From positions 1,152,001-1,216,000 of the forward strand of contig CAWBZV010000005.1 of the NCBI GenBank assembly GCA_963793305.1: DNA of 64,000 bases, read 5' to 3'. Source of the stretch: an uncultured Gemmatimonadales bacterium (GTDB lineage: Bacteria; Gemmatimonadota; Gemmatimonadetes; Gemmatimonadales; Gemmatimonadaceae). The first letter of the stretch is position 1, and each line of letters opens with the position of its first letter. The translations under genes and the position numbers were made by a program. Shown one piece after another: positions 41,726 through 53,323 of the stretch. Under the pieces are notes generated by a model. The model was not told the origin of the DNA. It searched no databases and saw only the letters and a program-made list of their open reading frames with translations.

Positions 41726-43474
41726 TTGTGCGTCTCGCTCACGAGAGTCGCGGTAGGCAGGATGCGCTCCGCGTCGATCGGCTGACCGCGGTAATGGTAA
41801 CGCGCGACACCGTACGCCATTTGCTTGAAAGCCGCTGACCGGTCGACCAGCGGAAGAATGTCGACATCGCCCGACCGTTGCGTGGGATGCGCATTGCGGA
41901 TCACGAATGACAAGGCGGGTTTCGCGGCGAAGTCCTTGCCGTCGAACGAGACGAGGCTGTCGATCTTCACATCGGGGATTGTTGTGGACACGAGCGATTG
42001 CAATGTCGCGGTGCGTTCGGCTGTGTCCTGGGTCGGGCTCATCAGCGCGCGTAACCAGAGCTCGAGTGCGCCGCTGGTTGTCACCTCGACTCGGCCCGAA
42101 AACGTGCCGTCGCTAGCTAATTCACCGGTGAGACTGACGACGGATCGATTGGAGTCCGTTGGATCCGGCGGCGTTGTAACGTGCTCGATGTCGCCGGCCG
42201 GATGGACAATCAGCGCGAATTTTCCGGCATCGGTGTAAGGGAGGGTTCCAAATCGGGAAAGCTCCGACGTCGGATCGACATACTGATACCCCGTGGGCTG
42301 CTTGACAGCAACAATCTCGTGGTCGAAAGCCTGGATCGTCGGGAGCGTCGAATCCGGTTGGTTCGTCGCGCTGATCAGGACTGGGAATGCCTGCAGTCCG
42401 ATCAATCCCAGCGCATCGATCAAGAGCGTCGCCTTATCCTTGCAGTCGCCGAACCCCGTCGCGAGCACAGTGTCGGGAAAACGAGGTTGAAATCCGCCGA
42501 GGCCCAACGCGATCTGGACATAGCGGATGTCTTGGGCCACCCACCGGTGTACCGCGCGGACCGAATCAATGAGTGTCGTGGCGTGGGCGACGACGCGTTG
42601 CACCGTGTCCCGGAGCCTGGCGTCTGGTCGGAGGCGGGATGCGGCCAGGCCCGCGACCCAATGTCCGAACGTCAGACCACGTCCCGGGCGCGGTCACGTC
42701 GATACCGACGGCGGCATCGGTGGAATCGACCGGTGGCGCGAACAGCTCTTGCCTGTCCCACAGTACCTGTTGCTTCGTCCATTGATACACGCGCCGGAGT
42801 CCGATCACCGTATCGCGCCGCGCGAAGTCGAGGTGATGCTCGACCATGCGGAGCGACAGATTTTTCGGAGTGTCAATCACGAGCCGTGCTCGCCGTACCG
42901 ACGTTTCTGACCCCAGCCGCCACCGGAGGTAGAAATCGCCGGGTCGATACGGCTTCCAGTTCTCGACAGTCCAACTCGCATCGACCAACGTCCCGGGTGC
43001 GACGCCGCTCAACGACAGCCGGATGACTTTGCGGTGAGCATACACCGGGTCGATCGTTGACGCTTCGACATCGGATTCCTGCATCTGCGATGGCTTCTCG
43101 CTGATGATCGTTCCGTCCGGTTTCAGCACGCGCATCCAATGGATCGTCACGTGCTCATGATCTCGATCGTATTCGAGTGACTGCTCCTGGAGACCTGGCA
43201 CCCCTGTCTGGCGCAGCACCTGGATGACTTGATGCAAGGTTCTGGTGTTGCGCCCATTGGCTTCGACGGTGATCACTGCATTGTCGAGGAGTAGGATCGA
43301 GGCAAGGCCCCGGTATCGCGCGCTGTCGACCGCAAGTCGATAGATGGTGTCGCTACGGATCGATGGAATGCCGCGCGCGGTGATATGCGGCGCCTGGGCT
43401 TGGGCGGGCGCCTCGGCCAGGATCGCGAGCCCGATGAGAAGAAGGAGCCAAAACGATCCAGCGCGCCGGTGCAT
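41726..43474 (-). pseudogene. DUF3857 + transglutaminase-like exported protein; frameshift near 42667, 3' end runs into the att-like repeat
   Basis: Signal peptide, DUF3857-like region, IRYVQIALGLGG, GDCKDKATL, FDHEI, YVDPT catalytic triad. Confidence 0.8.
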
Positions 43475-43543
43475 TACCGATACCAGATTGAAGGTGCTCT
43501 TACGATACAGTCGGGGCTGCTCTAGGTCGAGGGAATCCTAGCG

Positions 43544-43600
<57 letters not shown>

Positions 43601-43601
43601 G

Positions 43602-44183
43602 TCAGCGTCGGAGCCGCTTGGTTGCAACGGCCGTGCGTTTCGCTGCGGTCTCGTCGTTGGCGCCGGCAAGCAGCGCATCCCAGTCGTCGGGAGGGTTGCC
43701 GGCGTTCAACATCCGGGCGAAGACGGCGTACGCGTCCGTGCGCTTGCCGTAGATGCGGAGCGTTGATTCGTCGTTGACCCAGCCGTAGACGATGATGCGA
43801 GCGTCGGCACGAAAGCGGTAAAACAGTCGAAAACGACCGCCGCCGAACTTGGCACGGAACCAATGCTGGCGGTCGCCGCCGAGCGTGTCGCGCTGCCGGA
43901 ACTCCTTGCTCGCGGGGTCGCGAGGAATGACGTCGAGGATCAGCTTCGTGATGGCGGCGAGCGTCTTGGCGTTGGCGCTGCCTGGTTCGTTCGGATTACG
44001 CGGCGGTTCCCTCTCGATGGCATCGAGGAGCGACTCGAGTTGGTCGAGGAAACACGGGTGAACGAAGAGAATCCACCCGTGGGCTTCGCCAAGCGCAGCG
44101 CCGGCTGCCGCCGCATGTCGACGAGGCGCGGCGCGTGTCGTGCCGGCGGAGCGGGGCTTTCTTCGGCCGCGATGCCTTGCCAC
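43602..44183 (-). CDS. YhaV family toxin
   Basis: HPCFLDQL, IPRDP..FRQ..TLG, WFRAKF, RLFYRF, WVNDESTLR, DAYAVF, PPDDW. Confidence 0.9.
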   Translation of the reverse strand: MARHRGRRKPRSAGTTRAAPRRHAAAAGAALGEAHGWILFVHPCFLDQLESLLDAIEREPPRNPNEPGSANAKTLAAITKLILDVIPRDPASKEFRQRDTLGGDRQHWFRAKFGGGRFRLFYRFRADARIIVYGWVNDESTLRIYGKRTDAYAVFARMLNAGNPPDDWDALLAGANDETAAKRTAVATKRLRR

Positions 44184-44189
44184 AGCGAC

Positions 44190-44510
44190 TTAGAGCGCGA
44201 CGGGTCCAGTGATCGGCGCGTCGAGGTCGACCTCGGTCTTCGCCGTGGCGTTGCGCAGGCGAGTGACAAGCGACGGCGAGAGATGCTCGAGGCGCTCAGG
44301 GTGCGCCCTGATGTCGCGAGCGAGCAGGCCGAGGAACCCGGCGAGCGCGGGATCTTGGGTCTCCTCCGCGCGCGCTTTGATGATCAATGCACGATTGCCT
44401 CTGATCACGTACGCGACCTGGTCGCCGGGCGCGAGGTCAAGCGCCTTCCGGACGCCGCTCGGCACGGTGGTCTGGAATTTTGAAGTAATTTTGCTCATCA
44501 AAGTGGCCAT
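44190..44510 (-). CDS. PrlF/SohA family antitoxin
   Basis: SKITSKFQTTVPSGVRKAL, DPALAGFLGLLARDI, VDLDAPI. Confidence 0.88.
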   Translation of the reverse strand: MATLMSKITSKFQTTVPSGVRKALDLAPGDQVAYVIRGNRALIIKARAEETQDPALAGFLGLLARDIRAHPERLEHLSPSLVTRLRNATAKTEVDLDAPITGPVAL

Positions 44511-44535
44511 GGGATCCTCGCGTTGTATACCAAAA

Positions 44536-44577
44536 GGTAATGCGCTTGCATTGTTTACGCAATGCGTTTGCATTACC
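44536..44577. promoter_or_regulatory. Double palindromic operator upstream of prlF
   Basis: AATGCGCTTGCATT (44539) and AATGCGTTTGCATT (44561) inside GGTAATGC...GCATTACC. Confidence 0.7.
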
Positions 44578-44734
44578 CGACGATGATGGGCATCCTCGAC
44601 GCGGTCGACGTCATCGAGCGTACCCATGACGGAGAAGGTGAGATCGACACGAGTTCAACGCGCGCTTGGTATGGCCCCGCGCAAGGAACTTGGCACTTCC
44701 TAACCCCATGCCGCGGCCGCAAGTTGGGCTGCTC

Positions 44735-45517
44735 ATGAATCGAAATCAGAAGGTCGCCCAGGTGCTGTTCGCGCTTGGAATGATCAGCGTCGGCATGCTG
44801 GTCCTCGTCTACGGGTACGAGGTCCTGCTGTTCAGTCCCCCGCCTCCAGCATGGATCCCGTGGCTCAAAGGCGTTGGCTACGCGTCCGGCATCATCATGG
44901 TAGGAGCGGGCGCCGGCCTGTTGTTCGACCGTACGTCTCGCGTCTCTATCTACATCCTGCTGCCATTCCTGCTCTTGTGGACGCTGTCGAGGGTCCCGGT
45001 CACGGTAGCAGATCCCGGCAGAGAAATCAGCTGGTTCGCCATTGGAGAGGTCGCCGTGCTCGCGGTGGCTGCCTGGACTCTTTTTGCGCGGCTCGCCGGG
45101 TTGAGACCGGGATCGAAGCTTCAACCGCTCGTTTCCGAGCGCGGCCTCAGAATAGCGCGGATCCTCTTCGGGCTCTCGCTGGTGACATACGGACTCTCGC
45201 ATTTTTTCGAGTTCGCCGCTCACACCGTTTCGTTAGTGCCGCCATGGCTTCCGTACCGAACCGCCTGGGCCGATCTGGCGGGCGCCGGACAAATCGCGGC
45301 CGGACTCGGCGTCGTTCTCTCGATCTATCCGCGCTTGGCGGCCGCGAGTGAAGCGGCGATGTTGAGCGTGTTCACGCTTCTTGTCTGGGTCCCCGCGATC
45401 ATCACGAAACCAACGGCGTCTAACTGGGTGGAGTTCCTCTTCACCTTCGCGCTCGCGGGCGCGTGCTGGGTGGTGACCGAGAGCATACCAGCGCGAGCGT
45501 CGTCCTTATCGACGTGA
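44735..45517 (+). CDS. DoxX-like membrane protein
   Basis: Multi-TM; GLSHF, SLVPPWLP, GAGQIAAG. Confidence 0.75.
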   Translation: MNRNQKVAQVLFALGMISVGMLVLVYGYEVLLFSPPPPAWIPWLKGVGYASGIIMVGAGAGLLFDRTSRVSIYILLPFLLLWTLSRVPVTVADPGREISWFAIGEVAVLAVAAWTLFARLAGLRPGSKLQPLVSERGLRIARILFGLSLVTYGLSHFFEFAAHTVSLVPPWLPYRTAWADLAGAGQIAAGLGVVLSIYPRLAAASEAAMLSVFTLLVWVPAIITKPTASNWVEFLFTFALAGACWVVTESIPARASSLST

Positions 45518-46099
45518 TCGCCGTCGGTATTGGCCGATGATCTGGCCTTCGGCCAGCACATGCTTTCTGGCGGCCGCCGCCAACAGTGCTTTGGTTGCGC
45601 CTTCGGGAAGGTCGAGCGTTGTATCCGCCGCGGAGACGCGGAAGACATAGTGGTGCGTTCCGAAGGGCGGGCAGGGGCCGCCGTATCCGAGCTCGTCGAA
45701 GTCGTTCGTGCCTCGGAGCGCACGCCCCAGCCGGCCAGGCCTCGAACCCGCTGCCTCGGGTATCTCACGCACGTCGGGCGGGACGTTGAAGACAACCCAG
45801 TGAACGAAACCGATCGGCGCATCGCGGTCATCGACAGTGATAATGATGCTTTTCGTCAGCGCCGGCACACCGGAGATACTGAGCGGCGGAGACACGTTGG
45901 AGCTGTCGCACGTGAACGTCGCTGGTATCGTGCCGCCGTCGGGAAAGCTGCGGCTACTGACCATGAGGGTGGCGACCGGTCCACTGGCCAGGCCCGCCTC
46001 GGCCTCGCGGCGACGCACAACAACCCAAGTGGCCAACACGGCCAGCGCAACCAACAGCCCGACCACCGCCCACGAGATCCATCGTCTCTTCTTGATCAT
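45506..46099 (-). CDS. YbhB/YbcL (PEBP/Raf kinase inhibitor-like) protein
   Basis: NVSPPL, DDRDAP, VHWV, GYGGPCPP, HHYVF. Confidence 0.9.
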   Translation of the reverse strand: MIKKRRWISWAVVGLLVALAVLATWVVVRRREAEAGLASGPVATLMVSSRSFPDGGTIPATFTCDSSNVSPPLSISGVPALTKSIIITVDDRDAPIGFVHWVVFNVPPDVREIPEAAGSRPGRLGRALRGTNDFDELGYGGPCPPFGTHHYVFRVSAADTTLDLPEGATKALLAAAARKHVLAEGQIIGQYRRRSRR

Positions 46100-46122
46100 C
46101 CGTCTCCTCAACGCTTAGATAC

Positions 46123-48544
46123 TTGACTCGTAACCATGTGCCCGTACGTCCTATCCCTCGACACAGATTCACTGCGGTGATACGCGTGATCGTGCTCGCG
46201 ATGATCGGCCTCATGGCCACGGTGAATCCGATTCTTCCGGCGACGGACGATCCGCCGCGCCTACCCACCGGGCTCCGACTCGATCCCGCCGGCCGCTCGA
46301 TCCCGGTCGGCAACATGCCGCTCGCTGCGCTGGCATCGCCCGACGGCCGATGGCTGGTGCTGAGCCTCTCGGGATACCGCGAGCAAGGCATTGAGGTCGT
46401 CGACCGCGCGTCCGGCGCGGTCGCGCAGCGCATCACGCAGCCCGGCGCGTTCCTCGGGCTCGCCTGGAGCACTGATGGCGGCACGCTCTACGCATCAGGC
46501 GGGGTAGCCGATGCCGTGTACATATATAGTTGGCGGCCCGACTCCACCCACCCGGCCACATTGGCCGACAGCATCCCGCTCGGCCACCCCGACTCAACCA
46601 ATCCGGGCACGCGCTATCCAGCTGGCATCGCGCTCTCACCCGACGGCCGCACGATGTACGTTGCCGAGAATCTGAGCGACTCGCTCGCTGTCGTGGACCT
46701 CGCGACGCGACGCGTCACCGAGCGGGTGAGTATCGGCCCGTTCCCCTACGGCGTCGCGGTCGCGCCCAGTGGCGATGTGTACGCGTCAGCATGGGGCGCC
46801 GCGTATGTCGCGGTGTTTCACGCGAATGGCAACGGTCGACTCACCGCCGATCACGTCATCGACGTCGGACGCCACCCGTCGGCCCTGCTCCTCAACGCCG
46901 ATGGCAGTCGGCTGTTCGTCGCATCGGCGAGCACCGACCGCGTTGGTGTGGTCGACCCGAAATCGCACCGCGTCCTCCGCTGGCTGCTCGATGCGCCGCC
47001 AGACGGTGTGACCGAGGGCAGCACCCCAAACGCGCTGGCGCTGTCCCAGGACGGCACGCGGTTGTTCGTGGCCGAGGCCGACGCGAACGCGGTCGCGGTG
47101 TTCGACCTCGAGGCGCACGCCTTGGCCGGGCGCATTCCGACCGAATGGTATCCGTCGGCGATCGTCGCCACGGGCGACTCACTGTGGGTCGTCAATGGCA
47201 AGGGCCGGGGCGCCGGTCCAAACCCGCGCGGCCCTCAACCCAACGTTTCGGTCGCCAACATGGAGGTCACGAGCTATACGCTCGGACAACTCAATGGTAC
47301 CATCACGGTCGTCCCCGCAGCCCGCGGAGTCGCGCTCGACGCGCTGTCGGGACGCGTCGCCCGCGCGAACGGATGGAACCGACCACGCGCACCACGTGCG
47401 CACTATCCGCCGTTCACGCACGTGGTCTACATCATCAAAGAGAACCGCACCTACGACCAGGTGCTCGGCGATCTCACACAGGCCGATGGTGACACGTCGC
47501 TCCTCTTCTTCCCACGCGCGATCTCGCCCAACCATCACGCGCTCGCGGAGCGATTCGGCATCTTCGACCGGTTCTTCACGAACGCCGAGGTGAGCGAGCA
47601 AGGGCATCAGTGGTCGACCGCCGCGTACGTGACGGACTACTCCGAGAAAAACACGCCCTCCACCTATCGTGGCAAGCGCCCGGAGCCGGACGAGCTGGGC
47701 GAAACGGACGAGCCGGCCAACGGCTATTTGTGGGACGCCGCGCGAAAGAAAGGCATCACGTTCCGGGATTACGGCGAGTACGTCGAGCGCCTGCAACGTG
47801 ACTCCAGCCGTCCGCCGGTCAACCGCGCGCTCAAGCCCGCGCTCGCACCATTCGCCAGTCCGATCTATCCGCCGTTCGACCTCACGATACGCGATCAGGC
47901 CCGAGCCGACGCATGGCTCACCGAGCTGCACGAGTTCGAGCGCACCGGACGGATGCCGGCGCTCGAGATTCTGCACCTGCCGTCGGACCACACATCCGGT
48001 CCGCGGACCGGCATGCCCACACCTCGAGCCTACATGGCTGACAACGACCTGGCGCTGGGACGCATTATCGAAGGACTTTCACGGTCGCGCTTCTGGGCCC
48101 ACACCGTCGTGTTCGTTCTCGAGGACGATGCACAAGATGGTCCCGACCACGTCGACTCGCACCGCTCGGTGATGTTGGCGATCTCGGCCTGGAATCGCGG
48201 TGGCGTGTCGCATCGGTTCGTCAATACCACCGATGTCGTAGCGACCATCGAAGAGATACTGGGACTCGGATCACTCTCCCAATTCGATCACTTCGGCCGG
48301 GCACTGCATGACATTCTGGAGCGCCCATCCCGACTTGCGTCCGTACGTGGCGCTGACACCAGCGCAGCCGCTTGCCGAGCTGAACATCGCCAGCGGGCCG
48401 GACCCGGACGTCGACTACTCGCGTCCAGATCGAGTTGACGATGCGTTGTTCAATCACCTCCTGTGGCGCGAGATCAAGGGACCCACGGTGCCGTATCCCA
48501 CGATCCACCGTGCCGCGGTGCAGGAATTCGTGCGCGGACAATGA
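46123..48544 (+). CDS. YncE beta-propeller + phosphoesterase fusion, frameshift near 48316 (start uncertain)
   Basis: YVTN-like repeats, IIKENRTYDQVLGD, EDDAQDGPDHVDSHR; C-terminus continues in another frame to 48544. Confidence 0.8.
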
Positions 48545-48626
48545 AACACCTTACCCGTCCGCCGCCGCTCATCCCGTAGTGCCGATACTAGTGCCACCTC
48601 CGCTAAGACGGGTAGATTAGGGGTCA

Positions 48627-49878
48627 ATGTCCGCCCCAGTCGACCTCTCCAAGCTGCGGATTGACCGCGATGCTCGGTCGCCGGCGCCAGTACGAAGGGC
48701 GCTCATGCGCAACGTGGCATTGTTCGTCGTAGCGGTTGTGGTCGTGGCGGCGGCGCTGACGATCGTGAGCGCGCGTTCGGTTCCCACCATCCAGGTCGTG
48801 ACCGCGAGCGCGGTCGGCGGGAGCGGCGCGCCTGGCAGTGGCGCTACGAGTGTGACCGCGAACGGCTATGTCGTCGCCCGAACCAAAGCGTCGGTGTCGG
48901 CGAAAATCCCTGGACGTTCTCGCGTATCTGGGCGTCAGTGAGGGCTCGTTCGTCCGAAGCGGTGACGTGATCGCGCGGTTGGACAACGCCGATTATGAAG
49001 CCGCGGTCGCCCAGGCCCAAGCGAACATCGCGTCCGCCGATGCCAGCGTCATCGAAGCGCGCGCCGATCGCGACCAGCTCCTGCACGACTCGAACCGCGC
49101 GCGCGACATCCGCGCCGGCAATCCCGCGCTCATGTCGGAACAGGAACTGGAGCTGGCGACGAGCAAGACCGCGCAGGCCGAAGCACGGTTGAATGCGGCC
49201 GTGGCACGCGAGCGCGCGGCAGAGGCGGGGCTGCACCTGGCGGAAGCGAACAACGAGAATACGATCATCCACGCGCCCTTTACGGGCACCGTGTTGCACA
49301 AGGACGCCGAGGTCGGCGAAGTCGTGGCACCGTCAGTCGGCGGCGGCCTCACGCGCGGCGCGGTCGTCACGATGGCCGACCTGTCGACGCTGGAGGTCGA
49401 GGTCGACGTGAACGAGGCATACATCGGGCGGATCCGCAACGGTGGTGCGGCGCGCGTCACGCTCGACGCGTATCCCGACACCGCATTCCATGGCTCTGTG
49501 CGACAAGTGGTGCCCACCGCTGACCGCCAGCGTGCGACGGTCCAGGTGAAGGTGTCGATCCACGATCACGATGCGCGCATCCTGCCAGAGATGGGCGCCA
49601 AGGTGGACTTCCTCGCGCCGGATTCGGTGTCCGTCGCGACGGCCGGCGCGCCGCCATCGCCGCCCGTGATTCGCGTTCCCGCGGCCGCGGTCAAGACCGA
49701 TGGGGGTGCGAGCGTTGTGTGGATCGCGCGTGACGGACGGCTGTTGCGACGGCCTGTGATCACGGGGCCGGTGAGCGCGGGGTTCCTCGAGGTCCGCTCG
49801 GGCCTCAGCGGCGGCGAGCAGTTGCTCGTGAGCGGCGTCGCCGCCCCAGTCGATCGGATGAAAGTAAAGGTTCAGTAG
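48627..49878 (+). CDS. Efflux periplasmic adaptor (MFP), frameshift near 48918
   Basis: ANGYVVA..., IHAPFTGTV, VEVDVNE, PEMGAKV. Confidence 0.85.
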
Positions 49879-49912
49879 ACCGTCCCACCCCCCTTCTTCA
49901 CTACAGGCACCC

Positions 49913-50608
49913 ATGGCACTCGTCGAGATTCGCGATGTCTCGAAGTCGTTCAAGCGTGAAGCGCAGACGGTCGACGTTTACGCCGATCTCACCATCGATT
50001 TCGAAGAAGGCAGCTACACCGCGCTGATGGGGCCGTCGGGATCCGGGAAGTCGACACTGCTCAATCTCGTGGCGGGACTCGACCGGCCGACGAGCGGCAC
50101 CGTGCGCGTGGCGGGCGCGGAGGTGAGCGCGATGACCGCGTCGCAGCTCGCGGACTGGCGCGCGCGGACCATCGGCTTCGTGTTCCAGTCGTACAACCTG
50201 TTGCCGGTGCTGACGGCGCATCAGAACGTCGAGCTGCCGCTGCTGCTCACGCGCCTGAGCAAGAAGGAGCGCGCGGAGCGCACCGCGCTGGCCCTCAACG
50301 TCGTGGGACTCGGAGACCGCGTCGATCATTTTCCCCGCCAGCTCTCGGGTGGCCAGGAACAGCGCGTCGCGATCGCGCGCGCCATCGTCGCCGATCCGAC
50401 CCTCATCCTCCTCGACGAGCCGACCGGCCAGCTCGACTCGAAGAGCTCGGAGGAAGTGCTGGTGCTCCTACGCCGGCTGAATGATGAGTTTCGGAAGACC
50501 ATCATGATGGTGACACACGACGCCCGAGCCGCGGACAACGCGAAAACGGTGCTGCACCTGGAGAAGGGTGTGCTGCTCGAGCGCGCAGGGGCGGAGGTGG
50601 GCCGATGA
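49913..50608 (+). CDS. ABC transporter ATP-binding protein (MacB/LolD-like)
   Basis: GPSGSGKST, LSGGQEQRVAIARA, LLDEPTG. Confidence 0.93.
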   Translation: MALVEIRDVSKSFKREAQTVDVYADLTIDFEEGSYTALMGPSGSGKSTLLNLVAGLDRPTSGTVRVAGAEVSAMTASQLADWRARTIGFVFQSYNLLPVLTAHQNVELPLLLTRLSKKERAERTALALNVVGLGDRVDHFPRQLSGGQEQRVAIARAIVADPTLILLDEPTGQLDSKSSEEVLVLLRRLNDEFRKTIMMVTHDARAADNAKTVLHLEKGVLLERAGAEVGR

Positions 50609-51744
50609 GATTCCTCCCGCTCGTCCTCGCGAATCTCAAGCGACACCGGCTGCGCACGACCCTCACGACGTTGAGCGTGACGCTCGCGCTCTTTCTGTTC
50701 GCGACGCTGCGTTCGGTGACGACGACACTCGACGGCGGCTCGCGGGTCTCGAGCGCCTCGCGGATGATTGTCCAGAATTCGACCGCGTTCGTCATTCCGC
50801 TGCCGATGAGCTACGCCGCGCGGTTGGCGTCGGTGCCGCACGTCGAGTCGGTCACGTGGGCCAACTGGTTCGGTGGCAAATATGGCGATGGCAAGAAGTT
50901 CTTCGCGCAGTTCGCCATCGCGCCGGAGTCCTACCTGGCGATGTATCCGGAACTGCAGGTGCCCGAGGATCAGAAGCAGGCATTTCTCAAGGAGCGGTCG
51001 GCAGCGCTGATCGGCGATGGGCTGGTGCGCACCTTCGGTTGGAAGGTGGGCGACAACGTGACTCTCCAGGGCACGATCTTCCCGGGCGACTGGACCTTCA
51101 CCATCCGCGGGATCTATCACCCCACGGTGAAAGAGTACGGTGACGAGTCGTTCATGTTCCACTACGACTACCTGTACGAGAAGTATCCCGACCGCGTCAC
51201 GCCCGGCTGGTTCATCATGAAGATCGACGATCCGAATGCGGCGCCGGCGGTGGCGAGGACCATCGACGATCAGTTTCGCAACTCGGTCGCGCCGACGAAA
51301 ACGGGGACCGAGAAGGCGTTCGCTGCCGGGTGGGCGAGCATGTGGGGGAACGTGCGGCTCCTGATGAGTACCATCGGGATGGCCGTCGTGTTCGCCATCC
51401 TGCTCGTCACCGGCAACGCGATGATGATGAACCAGCGCGAGCGGATACCCGAGGTGGCAGTCATGAAGACGGTCGGGTTTTCGGATCGTCGCATCTTTGG
51501 GCTGGTGATCGTCGAGGCGGCCGTGATCTCGATGACCGGAGCGGTACTCGGTCTCGGCGCGGCGGTGCTGATGCCGATCGTCACCGGATTCGGCGGCGGC
51601 TTCCTCCCGAATTTTCACGTCACGCCCGGTACGCTCCTGGTAGGCGGGTCGGTCGCGGTGCTCCTGACTGTGGCGAGCGGTATCTTCCCCGCTTGGCAGG
51701 CGGCCAAACTTCCCGTCGTGCAGGCGCTGCGGAGAGTCGAGTGA
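50605..51744 (+). CDS. ABC transporter permease (MacB/FtsX-like)
   Basis: N-terminal TM, periplasmic domain, RERIPEVAVMKTVGF. Confidence 0.88.
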   Translation: MRFLPLVLANLKRHRLRTTLTTLSVTLALFLFATLRSVTTTLDGGSRVSSASRMIVQNSTAFVIPLPMSYAARLASVPHVESVTWANWFGGKYGDGKKFFAQFAIAPESYLAMYPELQVPEDQKQAFLKERSAALIGDGLVRTFGWKVGDNVTLQGTIFPGDWTFTIRGIYHPTVKEYGDESFMFHYDYLYEKYPDRVTPGWFIMKIDDPNAAPAVARTIDDQFRNSVAPTKTGTEKAFAAGWASMWGNVRLLMSTIGMAVVFAILLVTGNAMMMNQRERIPEVAVMKTVGFSDRRIFGLVIVEAAVISMTGAVLGLGAAVLMPIVTGFGGGFLPNFHVTPGTLLVGGSVAVLLTVASGIFPAWQAAKLPVVQALRRVE

Positions 51745-52907
51745 AGATCCCTTTCGTCTACAACGTCCGCAGCGTGACGCAACGGCCGGTGTCCACGGGG
51801 TTGACCGCGCTCGGCATCGCGCTCGTCGTGGCGGTGTTCGTGGCGATGCTCGCGCTGGCGAATGGGTTTATCGCCGCGCTGGTAACGACTGGCTCGCCGG
51901 ATAACGTGCTGTTGCTCCGGCGCGGGGCCGACAGTGAGCTGTCCAGCGGGATCCCGCGCGAGGCGATCAGCATCATCAGCGCGTCGCCGCACATCGCCAT
52001 CGGTTCGGACGGACGGCCGCTCGTGAGCCCAGAGACCTACATCGTCCTCAACCTTCGCCGGCCCGGCGGGGACGAGTTCACCGTAGCCAACGTCGTCGCG
52101 CGCGGGATCTCGGAGAAAGCGTGGGACGTCCGACGCAACATCAAGATCATCGAAGGGCGCCGCTTCGGGTCCGGACAGAGCGAAATCTGCGTGGGCTCGA
52201 AGCTGCTCGGGCGCTTCGCCAACGTGGCGGTGGGCGACGTGCTGCGTTTCGGCAACCGGAACTGGAACGTCGTGTGCCGCTTCACCGCTGACGGATCGGC
52301 CTTCGAGTCGGAGATCTGGGGCGAGAACGAGCAGTTCCAGAACGTGTTCCGTGGCGACGCGTTTCAGGCCGTGGCCTTCCGTCTCAAGGACCCGGGCGGC
52401 TTCGAGGAGGCCAAGACGGCATTTCTGGCCGACCCCCGCATTCAAGTGGACGCGCATCGCGAGTCGGAATTCTACGCCAACCAGTCGGCGGTGCTCGGCA
52501 ACATCCTGCGTTTCCTGGCGATCTTCATCACGGGCATCATGTCCATCGGCGCGGTCTTCGGCGCGGTGAACACGATGTACGCCGCGGTGAGCTCGCGGAC
52601 ACCGGAGATCGCGGTCCTGCTGACGCTGGGCTTCCACCCGCGCAGCATCCTGGCGAGCTTCCTCGCCGAGTCGGCGGTGATTGCGCTGCTCGGCGGCGTG
52701 ATCGGCTGCCTGCTGGCCCTTCCCATCAACGGCGTGGTCACCAGCACCACCAACTTCGCCAGCTTCAGCGAAATTGCGTTCGCGTTCCGGGTGACGCCCA
52801 CCCTCCTGCTCATGGGCGTCGTCTTCGGCCTCGTCATGGGCATCGTCGGCGGGTTCTTTCCGGCGCGGCGCGCGTCGCGGCTGCCAGTCATTCAAGCGTT
52901 GCGCTGA
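51741..52907 (+). CDS. ABC transporter permease (MacB/FtsX-like)
   Basis: NTMYAAVSSRTPEIAVLLTLGF, GGFFPARRA. Confidence 0.88.
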   Translation: MKIPFVYNVRSVTQRPVSTGLTALGIALVVAVFVAMLALANGFIAALVTTGSPDNVLLLRRGADSELSSGIPREAISIISASPHIAIGSDGRPLVSPETYIVLNLRRPGGDEFTVANVVARGISEKAWDVRRNIKIIEGRRFGSGQSEICVGSKLLGRFANVAVGDVLRFGNRNWNVVCRFTADGSAFESEIWGENEQFQNVFRGDAFQAVAFRLKDPGGFEEAKTAFLADPRIQVDAHRESEFYANQSAVLGNILRFLAIFITGIMSIGAVFGAVNTMYAAVSSRTPEIAVLLTLGFHPRSILASFLAESAVIALLGGVIGCLLALPINGVVTSTTNFASFSEIAFAFRVTPTLLLMGVVFGLVMGIVGGFFPARRASRLPVIQALR

Positions 52908-52963
52908 CTCGGCTTCCCGCGGGGCCGATCAGCTCCCACGCGCCGATCACTCCGCGCGCAAGG

Positions 52964-53304
52964 CGCCGGGTTGAGACCGGAATCCAAGCTTCAACCGCTC
53001 GTTTCCGAGCAAGGCCTCCGAATAGCGCGGATCCTCTTCTGGCTCTCGTTACTGAGCGAGTGAAGCGGCAATGTTGAGTATCTTCACGATTCTCGTCTGG
53101 GTCCCCGCGATCGTCACGAAACCAACGGCGTCCAACTGGGTGGAGTTCCTCTTCACCTTCGCGCTGGCGGGCGCTTCCTGGGTGGTGGCCGAGAGCATAC
53201 CAGGAAAGAGGTTGGGAGCTCCGGACCAGCGCGACTCCGAGTCGCAGCCTGGGCGCGCGCGCGCGTCGTCCTCACCGACGTGATCGCCGTCGTTCCGAAG
53301 GGCG
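52964..53304 (+). pseudogene. Degraded duplicate of the doxX 3' half plus a ybhB fragment
   Basis: Aligns by eye to 45094-45185, 45344-45526 and 45656-45669. Confidence 0.85.
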
Positions 53305-53323
53305 CGGTCCTTTCCTCGTCGAC

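Noticed and set aside
52964..53304. DGR template/variable repeat pair with doxX
   Set aside because: Mismatches are not adenine-specific, there are large indels, and no reverse transcriptase is present.
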